64,000 bases of DNA from Polyangiales bacterium (GCA_045106895.1 JBGCFM010000029.1:1-64000); one strand, 5' to 3'; shown: positions 51,281-59,795, counted from the first letter of the stretch. Made by a program: numbers and translations. The notes: generated by a model from the letters alone, not told the origin.

Positions 51281-52065
51281 GAGCTGTCGCCGCGTGCCTG
51301 CTTGTCGCTGCATGTGGTGGCGGCGCACAGCTTGTCCAAGGAGACCAGCGAGAAGAACGAGCTCGCGAAGCGTTTGCCGACGGAGAGGCAGCCTGGACCC
51401 ATCGTGGTGAGGAAGAGTCCGCTCGCGCGGCGGCGCAGGCCTACGCTCTCGCCGTCGAGAACGGAATGGACGAAGCGCTCGTTCCGTCGGCGCGCGCGCA
51501 CTTCTACCTGGCCGACTGCCACCTTCGGTTTCAAAGCGAGCGTCGCGGCGAATTTCTGACGGAACTGGAGCGAAGTGTTCGTGTCGCTCGCCGAGGCGTT
51601 GCGGAAGACCCCGAGGGCCCCGCGAGCTACTGGCTCGCCGAAGCGCGCTGGGTGTGGGCACGCGCTCAAGGGCCAGCCACGTTCCTCATGGTCGAAGATG
51701 AGCTGCACGAACTAGCCCGCGAGAGCCGAGCGAACGACGCGGCCTACGACTCCTTTGGGCCGGATCGGATGCTCGGTTCGCTCCTGGCGCGCACGCCGAG
51801 TTTTGCCGGCGGCGACCTCGTGGCCAGTGAACAGCACTTTACCGCGGCTCGTACGGGAGCACCGCACGACCCACGGACCTTGGTGCGCATGGCCGTGGAG
51901 TTTGCCGTCGCCAGCGAGCAAAGACCGCTCTTCGAGAGTCTCCTCGACGAGGTTCTTGCCGCCCCAGGTCAAGACCCGGACAGCGTTTGTGCGCGACAAC
52001 AGGCGGAGCAGATTCGTCCCAAGGTCCGAAAGTTCTTCCCCCGGGCCATCGGCAACATCGAGTAG
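51277..52065 (+). CDS. TRAP transporter TatT component-like TPR lipoprotein
   Basis: Lipobox VAAC; GPDRMLG..PSFAGGDL..HF pattern; ATGA overlap with the LDT gene. Confidence 0.65.
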   Translation: MRAVAACLLVAACGGGAQLVQGDQREERAREAFADGEAAWTHRGEEESARAAAQAYALAVENGMDEALVPSARAHFYLADCHLRFQSERRGEFLTELERSVRVARRGVAEDPEGPASYWLAEARWVWARAQGPATFLMVEDELHELARESRANDAAYDSFGPDRMLGSLLARTPSFAGGDLVASEQHFTAARTGAPHDPRTLVRMAVEFAVASEQRPLFESLLDEVLAAPGQDPDSVCARQQAEQIRPKVRKFFPRAIGNIE

Positions 52066-52066
52066 C

Positions 52067-52792
52067 TCAGGGCGTCAGGTCGTCGCCGTGTTTCGCGATA
52101 AGTCGCTCGGCCTCAGCGTGCGCCTCGGGGGTGTCTACGTCGATCCACATGGCATCTCCGACGTCCGCGACGCGCATTTTTCCGCGTGCCGCGAGCTCCC
52201 CAACGCCCTGGGAGAGAGAGCACCCCTCAGGTCCATCATGCGCCTGAAGCGACTCGATGAGTGAGCGGTTGATGCGAAACACGCCCGTGTCGAGGCAGTC
52301 GTACTTCTCAAGCTGCTTGTGGATCTCCACGATTCGGTCGCCATCGACACGAACTTTGGTCGCGTCATCCAGGTCGAAGCAGCCCGGAATGTCGTAGTCG
52401 ATTCCGAGGACCGCTTCGTCGCCCTCGAGAGGAAATGCGTGCACCCGCTTCACCAGCGAGGGCGACCAGAGGTGGTCGCTCATGACGACGTAGGTGGGAC
52501 CCACGACAAAGGACTCTGCTTTCAGGAGGGAGGTGCCATTGGGCTTCTCGTAGTCGTCGTTCTGGAAAAACGTGATTGGCAGGGGCAGGTCCAGTTTTTC
52601 CAATTCACTGCGCAGAACGTCACCGAGGTGGCCCACAATGATCCCCACTTCCTCGACTCCGGCCTCCGCCAGTCCCTCGATGACACGGACGATGAGCGCT
52701 TTGCCAGCCACTTTCTCAAGTGGTTTGGGGTAGGGGCGGCCGAGAACGAGGCGGGTTCCTTTTCCGGCGGCGAGGATGATGGCTCTGTTCAT
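52067..52792 (-). CDS. NTP transferase (IPCT / phosphocholine cytidylyltransferase-like)
   Basis: AIILAAGKGTRL..PKPL, NGTSL, MSDHL, DDATKV, DTGVF, WIDVDTPE. Confidence 0.85.
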   Translation of the reverse strand: MNRAIILAAGKGTRLVLGRPYPKPLEKVAGKALIVRVIEGLAEAGVEEVGIIVGHLGDVLRSELEKLDLPLPITFFQNDDYEKPNGTSLLKAESFVVGPTYVVMSDHLWSPSLVKRVHAFPLEGDEAVLGIDYDIPGCFDLDDATKVRVDGDRIVEIHKQLEKYDCLDTGVFRINRSLIESLQAHDGPEGCSLSQGVGELAARGKMRVADVGDAMWIDVDTPEAHAEAERLIAKHGDDLTP

Positions 52793-53028
52793 AAGTACAT
52801 TCCGTGGTGAAGGCTTCACAGGTGTGGCGCGGGGGCCACGCAGCGGGAAGCGGAGATGAAGGCGTCATAGCCTTCTTTTGTCGAGGCGGATCTTCCAATC
52901 CGAGCGTTCTAGTCAAAAACTAAGCTTACGAATGCACTTCTTTGGCCAGGGGCCTGCCTCCACCCGCTCACCTCTGGCTCTTGGGCCCTATCGTGCTAGC
53001 GAGGGTAGGCAAGAAAGACATTTCATCG

Positions 53029-54333
53029 ATGCAGACACCCACGATTCAACCCGCCGAAGGAAAGCTCGGCGTTCTTCTTCCTGGAATGGGCGCCGTTGGC
53101 ACCACCTTCATTGCAGGCTGCCTACTTGCCCGTAACGGCGTCGCGAAGCCGATTGGCTCCATGACCCAGATGGGCACGATCCGCGTTGGAAAGCGAACCG
53201 ACGCAACGTCGCCCTACGTGAAGGACTTCGTTCCCCTCGCGGGTCTCAACGACCTCGTCTTTGGTGGCTGGGACTTGTTTCCGGATGACGCCCTCACCGC
53301 CGCGAAAGAAGCCGATGTGCTCTCACGCGAGCATCTCGAAGCCATCGGCGACGAGCTCGCCGCCATCAAGCCGATGAAGGCCGTCTTCTTCCCCGAGTTC
53401 GTGAAGCGCTTGCGCGGCGAGCACGTGAAAAGCGGAGACAACAAGATGGAGCTGGCGGAAGCCGTCCGCGAGGACATCCGCAACTTCAAGAAGGACAATG
53501 GCCTCGCCCGGGCGGTTGCTGTCTGGTGTGGAAGCACGGAGGTTCATCGCGAGCCCACATCGGTCCACGAGAGCGTTGAAGCTTTCGAAGCCGGACTTCG
53601 CGCCAGCGACCCCGCCATCAGCCCTTCGCAGATCTACGCCTACGCGTGTCTTCAAGAAGGCGTTGGCTACTGCAACGGCGCGCCGAACCTCACGTGCGAG
53701 CTCAAGTGCATGCAGGAACTCGCGAAGAAGACCGGCACAGCTCTCTCGGGCAAGGACTTCAAGACGGGTCAGACCCTCATGAAGACGATTCTGGCCCCTG
53801 GATTCCGCGCGCGTCAGCTTGGTATTCGTGGATGGTTCTCGACGAACATCCTCGGCAACCGAGACGGCGAGGTTCTTGAGGATCCCGACAGCTTCAAGTC
53901 CAAAGAGGTCAGCAAGCTCGGTGTCCTGGAGACGATTCTTCAGCCCAAGATCCAGCCTGAACTCTACGGCGACCTCTACCACAAGGTCCGCATCAACTAT
54001 TACCCGCCTCGCGGCGACCAAAAAGAGGGCTGGGACAACATCGATATCTTCGGTTGGCTCGGATACCCGATGCAGATCAAGGTCGACTTTCTCTGCCGCG
54101 ACTCGATCCTGGCGGCGCCTCTCGTTCTCGACCTGGCGCTCTTCACGGACCTCGCGCAGCGCGCAGGCATGAGCGGAATCCAGGAGTGGCTCAGCTTCTA
54201 CTACAAGAGCCCGACTGTGGAGCCGGAACTCTACCCTGAGCACAACCTCTTCGTGCAGCTCGCGAAGTTGAAGAACACGCTTCGTTGGATGAAGGGCGAG
54301 AAGCCTATCACCCACGTCGAAGAAGAGTCCTAG
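53029..54333 (+). CDS. ino1: myo-inositol-1-phosphate synthase
   Basis: GMGAVGTT, VFGGWD, GKDFKTGQT, NILGNRDG, CRDSILAAPLVLDL. Confidence 0.95.
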   Translation: MQTPTIQPAEGKLGVLLPGMGAVGTTFIAGCLLARNGVAKPIGSMTQMGTIRVGKRTDATSPYVKDFVPLAGLNDLVFGGWDLFPDDALTAAKEADVLSREHLEAIGDELAAIKPMKAVFFPEFVKRLRGEHVKSGDNKMELAEAVREDIRNFKKDNGLARAVAVWCGSTEVHREPTSVHESVEAFEAGLRASDPAISPSQIYAYACLQEGVGYCNGAPNLTCELKCMQELAKKTGTALSGKDFKTGQTLMKTILAPGFRARQLGIRGWFSTNILGNRDGEVLEDPDSFKSKEVSKLGVLETILQPKIQPELYGDLYHKVRINYYPPRGDQKEGWDNIDIFGWLGYPMQIKVDFLCRDSILAAPLVLDLALFTDLAQRAGMSGIQEWLSFYYKSPTVEPELYPEHNLFVQLAKLKNTLRWMKGEKPITHVEEES

Positions 54334-54338
54334 GGCGC

Positions 54339-54439
54339 TTCTCCGCCCAGCACGCCGTGCTCTGCGTCACTCGGCGGCTCGGCATCCATAGATGCCCTCG
54401 CCGCCGGCTCCTCGATCACGACGCGCTGGACGAAGAATC
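54339..54439. repeat. palindromic REP-like element, copy 2
   Basis: TTCTCCGCCCAGCACGCCGTGCTC...GGCATCCATAGATGCC...GATCACGACGCGCTGGACGAAGAATC. Confidence 0.88.
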
Positions 54440-54497
54440 GCGAAGCTGTTCCAGGGGATTTTCGGGTTTTTGTCTGAGCTTCACTCGGCTGTTCGGA

Positions 54498-54538
54498 CGT
54501 GAAAAAGCCCACGCTGTCTCGAGCGCGGGCCTTTCACG
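54498..54538 (-). terminator. hairpin terminator downstream of dam
   Basis: Minus strand CGTGAAAGGCCCGCGCT...AGCGTGGGCTTTTTCACG. Confidence 0.6.
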
Positions 54539-54559
54539 TGAGGACGCTGTTGCCCAGGA

Positions 54560-55480
54560 CTAGCTATAATTGCGTACTACGACTTCGCTGACCTTGCCGC
54601 GGCGTCGGCCGTTGCAGTTGATGGCGCGGGGAGCAGCGACGATGTCGATGTTGTGGTCTTTGTAGAGTTCGCGAATGAACGGGACGTCGCTGTTGCTGAG
54701 CATGAGCTTGCAGCCACGTCGGTCGAGTTCGTTGTACACGTCACGCAGTCGCGTCTGATCTTCTTGGCTGAAGCCATTCTTGGTGTAGCTGGTGAAGCTC
54801 GCGGTGGTGGACACCGGCTCGTACGGCGGATCGAAGTAGACGAAGTCGCCCGGACGGGCGCTCTTGAGGAGGCCGTCAAAGCCCGACTCGACGATTTTCG
54901 CGCGTTTCAGCACATCGCTCGCGACGTGCAGACCCGCTGGGTCGACGATGCGCGGGTTCTTATAGCTGCCGATGGGCACATTGAACTCGCCGCGGCGGTT
55001 GACGCGATGGAGGCCGTTGAAGCAGGTCTTGTTCAAGTAGATGAACATCGCCGCGCGCTGGGTTTCGTTCCCCTCGGCCTTCTTGAGGGCGTTGTACTTC
55101 TCGCGAGTCGCGTAGTAGCGCTCCTTTCCGTGGTCCACGGCGAGGATCTGCAGGTTCGCGATAACCCCGTCCACATCGTCACGAATCGCTTTGTACGTGT
55201 TGATGAGGGACGGGTTGATGTCGCAAAGCAGGGCGCGCTTTGGAAGGCGCGAGAAGAAGAGGGCGCCACCGCCGACGAAGGGCTCCACGTGCCGCATCTT
55301 GTCGACGCCGGAGGGAAGCAGGGGTTCCAACTGAGGGATGATGCGTCCCTTGCCGCCCACCCATTTGACGAAGGGACTGGGGCGGCGGGCTTCTTCCACC
55401 GCACCGCGGCGAGCAGCGGCGAGTTTGGGAACCGCAACGCGTTTGAGGGCGATTCGGGCGAATGGAGACGATGTAGCCAT
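54560..55480 (-). CDS. dam: orphan Dam-family DNA adenine methyltransferase
   Basis: KWVGGK, EPFVGGGALF, YLNKTCFNGL, FDPPY, LSNS; no cognate endonuclease adjacent. Confidence 0.9.
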   Translation of the reverse strand: MATSSPFARIALKRVAVPKLAAARRGAVEEARRPSPFVKWVGGKGRIIPQLEPLLPSGVDKMRHVEPFVGGGALFFSRLPKRALLCDINPSLINTYKAIRDDVDGVIANLQILAVDHGKERYYATREKYNALKKAEGNETQRAAMFIYLNKTCFNGLHRVNRRGEFNVPIGSYKNPRIVDPAGLHVASDVLKRAKIVESGFDGLLKSARPGDFVYFDPPYEPVSTTASFTSYTKNGFSQEDQTRLRDVYNELDRRGCKLMLSNSDVPFIRELYKDHNIDIVAAPRAINCNGRRRGKVSEVVVRNYS

Positions 55481-55511
55481 GTGTAGGTGCTATCCTACAT
55501 GTGGCTACATC
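55470..55511. promoter_or_regulatory. 18-bp inverted repeat overlapping the dam start codon
   Basis: GATGTAGCCATGTGTAGG-TGCTAT-CCTACATGTGGCTACATC (16/18 match). Confidence 0.7.
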
Positions 55512-55528
55512 CCAAAAAAACGACAAGC

Positions 55529-56839
55529 TTAGGGCGTGAGTGAGCGGAGTCGCCTCCACAGCAGCACGGCTTGAGCCAGGATCTGCGCCGTCAGACCGAG
55601 CCAAGCGCCGAGCGCACCAAGCCCCAGCCAGATGCCTAAAAAGTAGGTGAGCGGAGGCGTAAAGACCCACGCCGTGAGCACACCGACGTACGCGGAGTAG
55701 CGAACGTCTCCGACGCCGCGGAGCATCGCACCTCCCACCATCGCCAAGCCATCGGCGAGCTGGAAGACGCCGCCGACCAAGAGCAGAACGGCGACGATGT
55801 TCTGAAGCTCCGTGTCATCGGACGCGAAGGTTCGTGCCATCGTGTGACGCAGGACGGCAATGAGCACGAACCAAACGAGCGCGTAGATGACCGCGACGCG
55901 AAGGCCCAGTCGACCGACGACGGGGATGAGCTGTCGTCGCTGCGCGCCATGCGCCTGACCCGCCAACACCGAGCAAGCCTCCGCTACGGCGGCCATCGGC
56001 AGGAAGACGAAGTGCATCAGCTGCAGCGCGACTTGGTGCGCCGCCACCTGTCGTTCGTCCGTTGCGCTCAACAGAACGGTGATCAAACCGAAGCTACCGA
56101 TCTCCAAGACAAACTGAATGCCCGTCGGCGCGCCCATCTTTCGGAGAGCCCGCAGGTCATCTGCCATGGGCCTTCGCACCCTTCGCCGCTGCGCGGGCGC
56201 GAGGGTCACGACCTGGATGACGTACGCCGCGAGCGTCGCGAAGGCCGCGCCCTCCACGCCCCAGTCGAGGACCAAAACGAAGAGGACGTCGAGACCGATG
56301 TTGACGGCGTTGGCCACGAGGGCAGCGCGCATGGGCGCGGTGGAATCACCGGACCCGTAGCGGACCTCTCGCAGCGCGACGTAGAGCATCGAAGGGATGC
56401 CGGCGAGCCCAAGAATCCATGCGTAGTCCCGCGCGGCTCGCCCTGCGACAGCAGAGGGAGCCAGAGAGGGAAGCAGGGGCGCGATGAGCCCCACACACAA
56501 CGTGATGAGCATCCCCACGACGAGCGCTGCGGCCAAGGCGGCGCCGGCGTGGCGCTCGATGGCTTCTTCGTCACCAGCGCCGCGCGCCTGAGATACGAGG
56601 ACCTTGCTTCCACGGAAGAAGCCGAAGCCGAAGCCCGCGAAGACAAAGAAGGTGATGGAGCCGAGGCCCACGCCTGCGAGCGCGCCGGCGCCAAGCGTGG
56701 AGACACAAAAGGTGTCCACCAACGACATGAAGGCGTGGGAGACCATGGACACAGCGATGGGCCCGGCGAGGCGAAGGAGTTCACGGCCAGGCCTGTTGGA
56801 CCAGTTGAGCGTAGGAGCGGAACGATACGGGGGAGACAT
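55529..56839 (-). CDS. MATE family efflux transporter
   Basis: LLRLAGPI, LVDT..LG..ALAGVG, GDSTAPM..NAVNIGLD, WGVEGAAFAT; about 12 TM helices. Confidence 0.93.
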   Translation of the reverse strand: MSPPYRSAPTLNWSNRPGRELLRLAGPIAVSMVSHAFMSLVDTFCVSTLGAGALAGVGLGSITFFVFAGFGFGFFRGSKVLVSQARGAGDEEAIERHAGAALAAALVVGMLITLCVGLIAPLLPSLAPSAVAGRAARDYAWILGLAGIPSMLYVALREVRYGSGDSTAPMRAALVANAVNIGLDVLFVLVLDWGVEGAAFATLAAYVIQVVTLAPAQRRRVRRPMADDLRALRKMGAPTGIQFVLEIGSFGLITVLLSATDERQVAAHQVALQLMHFVFLPMAAVAEACSVLAGQAHGAQRRQLIPVVGRLGLRVAVIYALVWFVLIAVLRHTMARTFASDDTELQNIVAVLLLVGGVFQLADGLAMVGGAMLRGVGDVRYSAYVGVLTAWVFTPPLTYFLGIWLGLGALGAWLGLTAQILAQAVLLWRRLRSLTP

Positions 56840-56971
56840 GACAAAATCCGGAAGCGGAAGGGGGACGAGGGCGCACATGCGTACGCAAAGATGAGGAGGG
56901 CGCGCCCGCAATACGGGGCGGCGCGTCTGACGCGCGCGCGGATGCACGGCTGTCGTGAGCGAGGGGATACT

Positions 56972-57071
56972 CAGCAGGCGGATGAACTCGGCGCCGGACG
57001 TAGGTCCGGCGTCGTTATGCGTGTCGGTTCAAGGGAACGTGACGCTAAGAGTTCGCAGTCGGTGCCTGCTG
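56972..57071. other. candidate branched RNA structure in the MATE leader
   Basis: CAGCAGGC/GCCTGCTG and GAACTC/GAGTTC stems enclose hairpins GGCGCCGGAC-GTAG-GTCCGGCGTC and GCGT..GTTC-AAGG-GAAC..ACGC. Confidence 0.5.
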
Positions 57072-57179
57072 GCCGGTAACCGGTCCCGCGGTCCATGGCA
57101 TCTGCTTGGACGTGACATTGAGCGAGCATCCGCAAAGCGGAAGAACAGCGCAGCTATTGTCGATCGTGCAGCAAAACAT
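57045..57179 (-). CDS. putative 44-aa Cys-rich small protein / leader peptide
   Basis: MFCCTIDNSCAVLPLCGCSLNVTSKQMPWTAGPVTGQQAPTANS*; preceded by SD-like GAAGAGGTAAGGT; below the ORF-track cutoff. Confidence 0.4.
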   Translation of the reverse strand: MFCCTIDNSCAVLPLCGCSLNVTSKQMPWTAGPVTGQQAPTANS

Positions 57180-57273
57180 AGAACCTTACCTCTTCGATCC
57201 CCTTTGAATACCGCCGGGGCTCGGTCAAGGACTTTTTCTAAACACGACGTTGTTTTTGTCTCGCGAGTGCTTT

Positions 57274-57290
57274 TTGAAGTTGACTTTCAA
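57274..57290. promoter_or_regulatory. putative Fur box overlapping the bfd -35 element
   Basis: Near-palindrome TTGAAGTTGACTTTCAA; TTGACT-N16-CACACT promoter ends 7 nt before the bfd ATG. Confidence 0.6.
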
Positions 57291-57314
57291 TAACAAGTCA
57301 GCACACTTGAGTTC

Positions 57315-57503
57315 ATGTTGGTGTGTCACTGCGAGCGAGTTCATTGTCGCGACATTCGAGCCTGTGTAGATGCAGGCGACGACAACGTGAAGGCTGTCCA
57401 ACGGCGTTGCGGCGCCGGTTCCAAGTGCGGTGGTTGCTTGCCACTCATCGAGGACATCGTTCGCGTCGAGCGCCAGCGTCCGAAGTCAGACGCCGCCGCC
57501 TAG
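57315..57503 (+). CDS. bfd: bacterioferritin-associated [2Fe-2S] ferredoxin
   Basis: MLVCHC...CGGC motif; near bfr. Confidence 0.9.
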   Translation: MLVCHCERVHCRDIRACVDAGDDNVKAVQRRCGAGSKCGGCLPLIEDIVRVERQRPKSDAAA

Positions 57504-57514
57504 AGCGCCGGTCG

Positions 57515-58225
57515 CTAGAGTGCTTTGAAGAGGGCACGGACCAAGTCGGCTTCCTCTTCTTCGAGGCTGACGCGAGGGCGATCCGGATCTTGGGCTTCGC
57601 GGGTGCTCACCAAGTAGAGCGCCGTTTGCGCGAGGGCGGCCACCACGTAGAGCAACTCGGCATGCACCGGTGAATCCGGGAGACTCTCCGTATCCAAACA
57701 CATGGGCGTCTCACGCTGGACCGTGGTGTCGACGCCGGTGCCGAGGAAACTCGCCATGTGCTGTGCTCGTTGCATTCGAACCGCCTCTGCCCGCTTGCGA
57801 GATGCGACGAGCCCTTCCGCTGCGCGCGCGGCCCAGGCGGCGGCCATCGTCAGGGCTTCAAAGCCGAGAGGGGGCTTGGCTCGAAAAGAGGCGGGCGCAG
57901 AGCGTGACGCGGCCTCGGCCCGCTCGGCGGCGGCGGCACAGGCTTCGCCACGTCCGCGACGAGCGGACTCCTCGACGCTCTCCAGCGTTTGGCGGACGAG
58001 TTCCTCGGCCTCCGGTACGCTCGTCGCGACTTCGGCGGACCAGGTCAGGACCACGAGCAACGCCTGGTCGAGGGCGGTCCCCGCGGCGCCTGCCAGCCAC
58101 ATGAGCCAGACGGGTGATGGGCACTGGTCCCAGGCCGCGCCCAGCTCGGCATCGAACTCGGCGCTCCAGGACAGAAGCTCCGCGGGAGCGTCCATCTTGG
58201 TGAGAGTCGCCGAGACCTCTGCCAT
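57515..58225 (-). CDS. hypothetical alanine-rich helical protein
   Basis: Starts 3 nt after the bfr stop; AWDQCPSPVWLMWLA motif. Confidence 0.65.
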   Translation of the reverse strand: MAEVSATLTKMDAPAELLSWSAEFDAELGAAWDQCPSPVWLMWLAGAAGTALDQALLVVLTWSAEVATSVPEAEELVRQTLESVEESARRGRGEACAAAAERAEAASRSAPASFRAKPPLGFEALTMAAAWAARAAEGLVASRKRAEAVRMQRAQHMASFLGTGVDTTVQRETPMCLDTESLPDSPVHAELLYVVAALAQTALYLVSTREAQDPDRPRVSLEEEEADLVRALFKAL

Positions 58226-58228
58226 TGC

Positions 58229-58699
58229 TTACTCGCGGATCATTTCGGCGAGGTAGTTCTCCTTACCGACTTCTTCGACGAGGTGAAGCTGGGCTTCAAG
58301 CCACTCGATGCGTTCTTCGTCTTCGGCGAGAATCTTCTCGAGAATCTCGCGTGTCCCGACGTCCGCCGCTTCCAAGCAGAGGCGAATGCCGTCCTTGAGG
58401 CGGGTGACCGCGTCGAGCTCAAGGGCGAGGTCGACCTTGTGCTGTTCGATGGGGTCTTCGCCGACGCGGACCGGGTTCATGCGCTGCATGTTCGGTACGC
58501 CGTCGAGGAACAGAATACGTCCGATCACCTGGTCGGCGTGCTTCATCTCTTCGATGGACTCGTTCCACTTGTGCTTGTGGAGCCGAGCGTAGCCCCAGTC
58601 CTCACACATCTTGGCGTGGATGAAGTACTGGTTGATGGCGGTCAGCTCGGAGCTGAGAACCGCGTTGAGGAGTTCGATGACTTTGGGGTCGCCCTTCAT
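58229..58699 (-). CDS. bfr: bacterioferritin
   Basis: MKGDPKVIELLN..ELTAINQYF.H, EEMKHAD, RILFLDG.PN. Confidence 0.97.
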   Translation of the reverse strand: MKGDPKVIELLNAVLSSELTAINQYFIHAKMCEDWGYARLHKHKWNESIEEMKHADQVIGRILFLDGVPNMQRMNPVRVGEDPIEQHKVDLALELDAVTRLKDGIRLCLEAADVGTREILEKILAEDEERIEWLEAQLHLVEEVGKENYLAEMIRE

Positions 58700-58781
58700 A
58701 GACGCGTTCATACCGCTCTCTGCTCCGCCTGTAAACGCGCGAAATTGGCCCACGAGCGCTGCAGACACGTACGATCTTGGC

Positions 58782-59795
58782 GTGGGAACTCGAATATTCG
58801 CGTGTCATCCGGGTGAAGCTGTCGTCGAGGCAAGCCCCACGGAGCTTCCGGCGTTGATGGATGAAGCGGGCGTCTTCGTCTGGGTGAGCCTCGACCAGCA
58901 AGGTCCGCGACATACGCAGATTCTAACGGACGTCCTCAAGCTGCACCCGCTCCTCGTCGAGGATGCCCTCGATGTAGCGCCGACGCCGAAGGTAGAAACT
59001 CATGAGGGGTACACCTACTTGATCCTGCACGGGTTGCGGAACTTCGCCCACGAGGCGGAGCACGGACACGAGGGTGCGTCGACGACGCCGGGGCAGGGCG
59101 GCGCCGTCGAAACCGTCGATGTCGACTTCTTCTTGGGACCGGAGTGCCTAGTCACCCATCACAGACTGCCGATGCCATCGTTGGATGCCGTCCGCCGCGC
59201 AGTGGTGGGCAAAGAGTCGCTGCTACAGAAGGGCCCCGCCTATGTGGCCCATGAGCTCATCGACCGGATGGTGGACGAATACCTGCCCATGATGGAGCGA
59301 CTCGACAAAGAGGTTGTTCGCGTCGAGCGTGCGGCCCTCAAGGAGTCCGACCCGAAACTCCTCGAGTCGATCTTTGAACTCAAGCACGCCCTGCAAGGGC
59401 TGCGTCGAATAGGCATTCATCAGCGCGAGATTCTCCACGGGCTTGGGGGTGACAGCTACGAGCACATCCCTGACGGGATTCGCCGCTTCTTTCGCGACGT
59501 CGACGACCATTTCGTTCGCGTGATGGATCTGAACGAGAGCTATCGCGACCTCGTGGCTTCCAGCCTGGATGCGTATCTATCGATGCAATCCCATCGCCTC
59601 AACGAGGTCATGAAGATCCTCACGGTGATCAGCACCATCATGCTTCCGCTGACCTTCATCACCGGTCTGTACGGGATGAACTTCGACGAGATGCCGCTGA
59701 TTCACTGGCAATACGGGTACGAGACCGCGTGGGCGGTGATGATCGCCACCGCCGCCATCTTCTTTTGGGCCGGCCGTCGCCGCCGCTGGATCTAG
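58782..59795 (+). CDS. corA: magnesium/cobalt transporter CorA
   Basis: LHPLLVED, PKVE, RLNEVMKILTV, LPLTFITGLYGMNF. Confidence 0.95.
   Translation: MGTRIFACHPGEAVVEASPTELPALMDEAGVFVWVSLDQQGPRHTQILTDVLKLHPLLVEDALDVAPTPKVETHEGYTYLILHGLRNFAHEAEHGHEGASTTPGQGGAVETVDVDFFLGPECLVTHHRLPMPSLDAVRRAVVGKESLLQKGPAYVAHELIDRMVDEYLPMMERLDKEVVRVERAALKESDPKLLESIFELKHALQGLRRIGIHQREILHGLGGDSYEHIPDGIRRFFRDVDDHFVRVMDLNESYRDLVASSLDAYLSMQSHRLNEVMKILTVISTIMLPLTFITGLYGMNFDEMPLIHWQYGYETAWAVMIATAAIFFWAGRRRRWI

Noticed and set aside
54560..55480. Restriction-modification or defence island around dam
   Set aside because: The neighbours are ino1 and MATE; there is no nuclease, integrase or evident compositional shift.
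56937..57133. 6S RNA or NiCo/czcD riboswitch identity for the structured region
   Set aside because: Only short resemblances (GGTTCAAGGG; CAGCAGGC) are present. The partner motifs and usual gene context are missing, so it is kept as an unknown structure.
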